From NCBI GenBank assembly GCA_002430605.1, contig DJBY01000111.1, positions 37,691 to 94,377 on the forward strand: a stretch of 56,687 bases of DNA. Reading direction: 5' to 3'. Shown piece by piece: positions 52,122 through 56,687 of this stretch; within the stretch, counting starts at the first letter, position 1; every line of letters starts with the position of its first letter. The stretch comes from Opitutia bacterium UBA5964. Lineage in GTDB: Bacteria > Verrucomicrobiota > Verrucomicrobiia > Opitutales > Coraliomargaritaceae. The notes beneath the pieces were generated by a model. It worked only from the letters and a program-made list of their open reading frames with translations, did not search any database and was not told where the DNA came from. Both the position numbers and the translations under genes were made by a program.

Positions 52122-53708
52122 ATGAAAGCTGCTCGTGGATTCTTGATTTTGTGTGCCCTAATTCTCTTCGGTGCATGCATTGGTCTGTTCCTATCAAAAT
52201 GGCCGAGTGGTGGTCGCGAGAAAAGCATTACTACGGATACGTCTGCCAGTGAAGTGGTGATTCATTTCCCTGCGACTCCTGATCAAATACCTGCGACGTG
52301 GGACGTCGCTTTTCCAGACGAGGCGATTCAGGGGGAAATGGTAATTCATTTTACTAGTCGTAAAGATTATCTGAATTATTTGAAAAAACTGACTGAGGCA
52401 GGCTTGGATCCTCTGGGACAGATTGATGAATTGTTGGTGGTGCGAATTGGCAAAGACGCGATGGCAGCGGTGAACCCAGGCTTGTATGGTGGTCAGGGGA
52501 GTTTTTCGTATCGAGTGCAACGCCCGTTACCACCGGTTGAGGTGGCGCCGGAGTTATATGCACAATTGCGAATTTTCGGAGCGTCAGCTCGATCCATCGT
52601 CGGTGGTTCGGTTGAAGGTGATGGTTCGGGGGTACTGGTTGGAATTTTGGATTCAGGCATCGAAGCGCATCCACAGTTTGATGATGTGTATATTGTGCAC
52701 ATTGACTTGGCCGGAGGCGGAGTGGCTGGTCCAGGTGCGTCGCATGGCACTGCCGTTGCTTCGATCATAGCAGGTTCGGAGGGGATCGCTCCCGCAGCAG
52801 AACTGTTGGTGGTTCGAGTGCTAGATGATCAGGGACTGGGCAACAGCTTTCATGTAGCCGAGGGCATCGTTCAGGCGGTGGATCTTGGTGTCGATGTGTT
52901 GAACATGAGCTTGGGCGTGTATCAGGATACGCAACTTATGCGCGAAGCGATTCGTTATGCGGAAGATCATGACGTGATCATGGTCGCTGCTGCTGGGAAC
53001 GATGGTTATTCGCAGATGCCATATCCTGCAGCATATCCGCAGGTGCTTTCGGTGACTGCCGTGGATCGCGTTGGGCGACAGGCGCTTTTTCCGAATCAAT
53101 CCAGCTCGATCGATTTCGCTGCGCCAGGCGTCGGTGTGCTCACTGCGAAAGAAGATGGTGGCACGATGTTGTTTTCCGGCACATCCGCTGCCGCTCCTTT
53201 TGTGACTGGCACATTGGCTTCGATCCTTTCGTCGGATACTGCGCGCAGTCACAAGGAAGTGGTAGATTTGATGAGACGCACTCTTGACGAGGCCGGTGCA
53301 CCTGGTGTCGATCCAGTCTATGGCGCTGGTGTGGTCAATTGGGATCGATTACGCGAGCGTGACACTGCCGCGATTCTGGATGTGGCGCTCGCTGAAATCT
53401 ATCTGCCCTCTGATGCGTTGCCCGGCACCACGATGCCGATCGAGGTAATCGTGCAAAACCGTGGCACGTCTTGGCTGACGTCTTCCACGCTGACGGTCAT
53501 CGTGGGCGAAGGAGAGCCAGTCGATTTTACCATCGGCACACTTGGTCCTGGCCAAACGACGACTCGAAAAGTTTATACGCAGGTGCCTTCAATTGATTCG
53601 AAAGACAGCTTGAACATCGCTGCTCAGGTCGTGACGCAAGAGCCGATGGACGATGTACGCTTGGAGAATAATACCAAGGTGGTCTTTTTTCGGCCGATTC
53701 AGAAGTAG
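52122..53708 (+). CDS. Subtilisin-like S8 serine protease with N-terminal anchor and C-terminal CARDB/Ig-like domain
   Basis: Catalytic triad ILDSG, HGTAVA, GTSAAAPFV; AAAGND; C-terminal DVAL..VIVQNRG..LGPGQT..ENN. Confidence 0.9.
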   Translation: MKAARGFLILCALILFGACIGLFLSKWPSGGREKSITTDTSASEVVIHFPATPDQIPATWDVAFPDEAIQGEMVIHFTSRKDYLNYLKKLTEAGLDPLGQIDELLVVRIGKDAMAAVNPGLYGGQGSFSYRVQRPLPPVEVAPELYAQLRIFGASARSIVGGSVEGDGSGVLVGILDSGIEAHPQFDDVYIVHIDLAGGGVAGPGASHGTAVASIIAGSEGIAPAAELLVVRVLDDQGLGNSFHVAEGIVQAVDLGVDVLNMSLGVYQDTQLMREAIRYAEDHDVIMVAAAGNDGYSQMPYPAAYPQVLSVTAVDRVGRQALFPNQSSSIDFAAPGVGVLTAKEDGGTMLFSGTSAAAPFVTGTLASILSSDTARSHKEVVDLMRRTLDEAGAPGVDPVYGAGVVNWDRLRERDTAAILDVALAEIYLPSDALPGTTMPIEVIVQNRGTSWLTSSTLTVIVGEGEPVDFTIGTLGPGQTTTRKVYTQVPSIDSKDSLNIAAQVVTQEPMDDVRLENNTKVVFFRPIQK

Positions 53709-53728
53709 CAGTCGATCGCCTAGTTGTA

Positions 53729-54706
53729 TTACTTCGATAGTGCCGTTTCGAGAAATTCGACTGTGCGCTGCTCGGACCAGTAAGACCCATTCTTGTTGAA
53801 TTGGACAAATCCGATATGACCGCCTTGCTTGGGCATCTCTAAATGAAACGATGCGCTGTTCTTGGCTTTGTCTATCGGATAGCAGCTCGGCGTTAGAAAC
53901 GGATCGTCTTGCGCATTGATTAGCAGTGTCGGGATGGTGATGTCCTGTAGCTTTGTGGTGCAACTGCATTGCTGCCAATAGTCGTCGGCGCTGCTGAAGC
54001 CATGAATCGGCGCTGTGTAGGCGCCGTCGAATTCTCGAAAGGTGCGCATTTGATCAAGGCCGTCATCGGTGATTTTCCCTGGAAAGCGTTGCATCTTTTC
54101 ACGTACTTTGGCGCGAAGTGACTTGAGGAAGCGCCGCATGTAGAGGCGGTTGCTAATATGTTCGAGCCGCTCCGAGCTACTGGCGAGATCGCACGGCACG
54201 GAAAGCGCGACCGCGGCTTGTATGCGTCGGTCGAGTTGCGTGGCAGTGTCGCCCAATAATTTGAGCGTAAGATTTCCGCCCAGGCTAAAGCCCACGAGAG
54301 CGACTTTTTCGAATTGAGCCGCTTGGTTGGTATGCTCAATCACAGTCTGCAGATCATCGATTGCACCGCTATGGTAAGAGCGCAGGCGGTGGTTGGGCTC
54401 TCCGCTGCAGTTGCGGAAGTTCCATGTTAGCACGCTCCATCCTGCTGAAGACAGCACACGCGCCATGCCTTGTACATAGGCCGCGTGTGCGCTCCCTTCG
54501 AGCCCGTGTGTGAGAATTGCTAAACGATTTGAGTGCGGGGCCTTGGTCCAAATTAGATCCAAGAAATCGCCATCAGGCGTTGTGATCCGCTCATACTCGG
54601 TTGTGATTAGTGGAACCTTGCGGAAAAGTGCGGGGTAGAGCGTTTGTAAATGGCCATTGAAGAAACCGAAGGGGGCTTGGTAGCTAGACTGTTCGATGAG
54701 TGGCAT
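53729..54706 (-). CDS. yheT: Alpha/beta hydrolase, YheT family
   Basis: NGHLQT, HGLEGS, GFSLGGN nucleophile elbow, NAQDDPF, GGHIGF. Confidence 0.9.
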   Translation of the reverse strand: MPLIEQSSYQAPFGFFNGHLQTLYPALFRKVPLITTEYERITTPDGDFLDLIWTKAPHSNRLAILTHGLEGSAHAAYVQGMARVLSSAGWSVLTWNFRNCSGEPNHRLRSYHSGAIDDLQTVIEHTNQAAQFEKVALVGFSLGGNLTLKLLGDTATQLDRRIQAAVALSVPCDLASSSERLEHISNRLYMRRFLKSLRAKVREKMQRFPGKITDDGLDQMRTFREFDGAYTAPIHGFSSADDYWQQCSCTTKLQDITIPTLLINAQDDPFLTPSCYPIDKAKNSASFHLEMPKQGGHIGFVQFNKNGSYWSEQRTVEFLETALSK

Positions 54707-54913
54707 GTGGGAAGCAGTTTACAGACTCAATCCTGTCTGTGAATCTCAGAGTGTGAGTAAATAACTAAGAAACGGCTGCGCCTATTCTCGACGCTAGCGT
54801 TGAGTGCTAGCCATGTATTCATGGGTGGTCGCTATACCTGCGCGATCTACAGACTTCCGTCGGCAAGCGATTTCGATTCCGTTCTGTGCTGTGGCCACTA
54901 TGGTCGGTGGTGG

Positions 54914-55582
54914 ATGGCTCAAAAAACTAATAACAGTTCGTTTCAGGGCGCGCGTATTCGACCGTATGGAGAGCGCGGTTATTTGCTGGATCAGTTGAGC
55001 GAACTGGAGCGGGTTGCAATCGAGCAGGCTTTGTCAACCACTCCGCCCGATGGTTTTGATGAATACGTCATAGGTGCTGAGAATCTGTTGGTATTGTTTC
55101 AGCGACCTACTACTGAGTGCGTTCTGCATGAATGGTTGGCCGACGTGGGGAATTCAGTGCTGGCCGGTTCAAATCATTCGCGACGGATCGAAGTGCCTGT
55201 TCGCTATGACGGCCCAGATCTAGCAACGGTGGCAGCCGCGACTGGTTTGAGTGAAGCGGAGGTTGTTGCGATTCATTCGGCGCCCGAGTATCGAGTGCGG
55301 ATGATGGGCTTTGCTCCCGGCTTTCCGTATCTGGATGGGCTGGATGAACGCTTACACCTAGATCGTAAGGCTTCGCCGCGCGATCGAATCGAGCCAGGCG
55401 CGGTTGCCATTGGCGGCAGTCATGCCGGGATTTATTCGGTGGCAAGTCCTGGAGGCTGGCATTTGCTTGGCCGTACCGAACTTCCGTTGTTTCAACCCGA
55501 ACACGCGCGTGGCACGGTGACTGATGTGCGCGAGGTGTTTGCATTGTCCGCAGGGGACACGGTTAAATTTGTGGTGATCTAG
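54914..55582 (+). CDS. pxpB: 5-oxoprolinase subunit B / allophanate hydrolase subunit 1 (KipI family)
   Basis: VPVRYDGPDL, MGFAPGFPYL, GIYSVASPGGWHLLGRT. ATG 54914 chosen. Confidence 0.9.
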   Translation: MAQKTNNSSFQGARIRPYGERGYLLDQLSELERVAIEQALSTTPPDGFDEYVIGAENLLVLFQRPTTECVLHEWLADVGNSVLAGSNHSRRIEVPVRYDGPDLATVAAATGLSEAEVVAIHSAPEYRVRMMGFAPGFPYLDGLDERLHLDRKASPRDRIEPGAVAIGGSHAGIYSVASPGGWHLLGRTELPLFQPEHARGTVTDVREVFALSAGDTVKFVVI

Positions 55583-55583
55583 T

Positions 55584-56432
55584 ATGGCCGCGATTGAAAT
55601 CATATCCACGGGAGTCGGGCTTTCGGTTCAAGATTACGGTCGTCCCGGTTGGCGCCGGTTTGGCGTGCCTCCTGGCGGTGCCATGGATCGAAGTTCGGCT
55701 GAGGCAGCCAACCGGTTATTGGGCAACCGTGCCGATGCGCCAGTGCTGGAGGTTTTAATGCAGGGTGCGAAGTTGCGGATTTTAGAAGAGACATGGATTG
55801 CTGTGGCAGGTGCTGACTTGGGCTGCTCGATTGCTGCATGGACAGCGTGCGTTGTATCAGCTGGCACGGTGCTACAGTTTCCGATGAATCGAGCAGGCTT
55901 GTGGGCTTACGTCGCGGTGCCGGGAGGATTTGATGTGGATCGATGGTTCGGCAGTGCGTCGGTCGATTCACGTAATGGATTGGGTAAGGCCTTAGGGCGT
56001 GGCAGTCAGTTGTCAGCACAGACGTCAGCGGCGACGTTTGGGTATGAGCGGGTGGGGCGCCGCGTGCTCTCCGCCGAACTACAACGCGATTTCTTAAGGC
56101 CGATGGTGTTCGAGTTATTGCCAGGGCCGCAGTTTGAGCTGTTTTCAGCCGAGGCACGTGCGCAACTGGCGTCTGCAGAATGGACGGTTTCGCCACGCTC
56201 GGATCGCACTGGCTTTCGTTTAGAAGGTCCGGTACTTGAGGTGCCTGATTCGATTCGCAGTGAGCCAGTGCTGCCTGGCAGTTTTCAAATTCCTGGCAAT
56301 GGTCAACCGATTGTTACCATGGTCGATGGGCCGACCGTCGGCGGCTATGCGAAGCTGGCAGTATTGAAAGAAGCAGATATCGATTGGTTGGCGCAATGCC
56401 GACCGGGAACGAGGATAAGGTTTAAGCTATAG
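55584..56432 (+). CDS. pxpC: 5-oxoprolinase subunit C / allophanate hydrolase subunit 2 (KipA family)
   Basis: SVQDYGRPG..GVPPGGAMD, SDRTGFRL, GQPIV..DGPTVGGYAK. Confidence 0.92.
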   Translation: MAAIEIISTGVGLSVQDYGRPGWRRFGVPPGGAMDRSSAEAANRLLGNRADAPVLEVLMQGAKLRILEETWIAVAGADLGCSIAAWTACVVSAGTVLQFPMNRAGLWAYVAVPGGFDVDRWFGSASVDSRNGLGKALGRGSQLSAQTSAATFGYERVGRRVLSAELQRDFLRPMVFELLPGPQFELFSAEARAQLASAEWTVSPRSDRTGFRLEGPVLEVPDSIRSEPVLPGSFQIPGNGQPIVTMVDGPTVGGYAKLAVLKEADIDWLAQCRPGTRIRFKL

Positions 56433-56687
56433 TTGGGAGTTGGGACTTAGAGACTTTGGATGAGGGTTTCGCTTGTTTAAATTTCGCAATTAGAAAAGTA
56501 ACGACATGATCCCTTTTGCCTTTTCTCATTCACATCGCTGATTCGCTAATTTACCTTCACACAACCTAGTCTCTCATCTTGCTGTGATGGTCTATTTTAT
56601 AGGTATTTAGGAGATTGAGTGGTTTATGTGAACACGTCTTGTAGATGAGTTGCCCACGGATGAGTTCACAAATCGTAGTTAAACATA

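Overview
Bacterial chromosomal window, most consistent with a marine Verrucomicrobiota of the order Opitutales (Coraliomargarita/Lentimonas-like). This is inferred from the LpxC-FabZ fusion, the sulfatase cluster, monomeric IDH and mostly SD-less AC-rich start contexts; it was not tested by any search. 1-0.75 kb: a cold-shock gene divergent from tRNA-Gly(GCC), followed by a degenerate, interrupted copy of the tRNA 3' end. 1.0-11.7 kb: an accessory block with a GH95-like (DUF5703) hydrolase, four Cys-type sulfatases, a probable beta-propeller protein and gene remnants, with signs of ongoing recombination. 12-56.7 kb: mostly housekeeping genes (M29 aminopeptidase, add, polA, divergent cysJ/cysI, rlmN, DAHP synthase, hpt, ffh, lpxC-fabZ, lpxA, ppdK, tatC, secG, aspartate aminotransferase, icd, sixA, phnA, pxpBC). 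Best candidates for undescribed biology: (1) a translationally coupled five-gene operon encoding a RimK ligase fused to an RCK_C domain, an M14 deacylase, a retropepsin-like protease, MscS and ZntB, suggesting an ion/osmotic-regulated polyglutamate cycle; (2) a ~95-nt candidate small RNA at 28.06-28.16 kb behind an ECF-like promoter, whose core is antisense to CAU-AUG-AAA-AA start regions; (3) a tandem ribbon-helix-helix protein fused to a histone-H1-like tail, with a plausible internal start and an upstream palindrome. No CRISPR array, rRNA, integrase or transposase was seen. All family calls come from motif recognition by eye.
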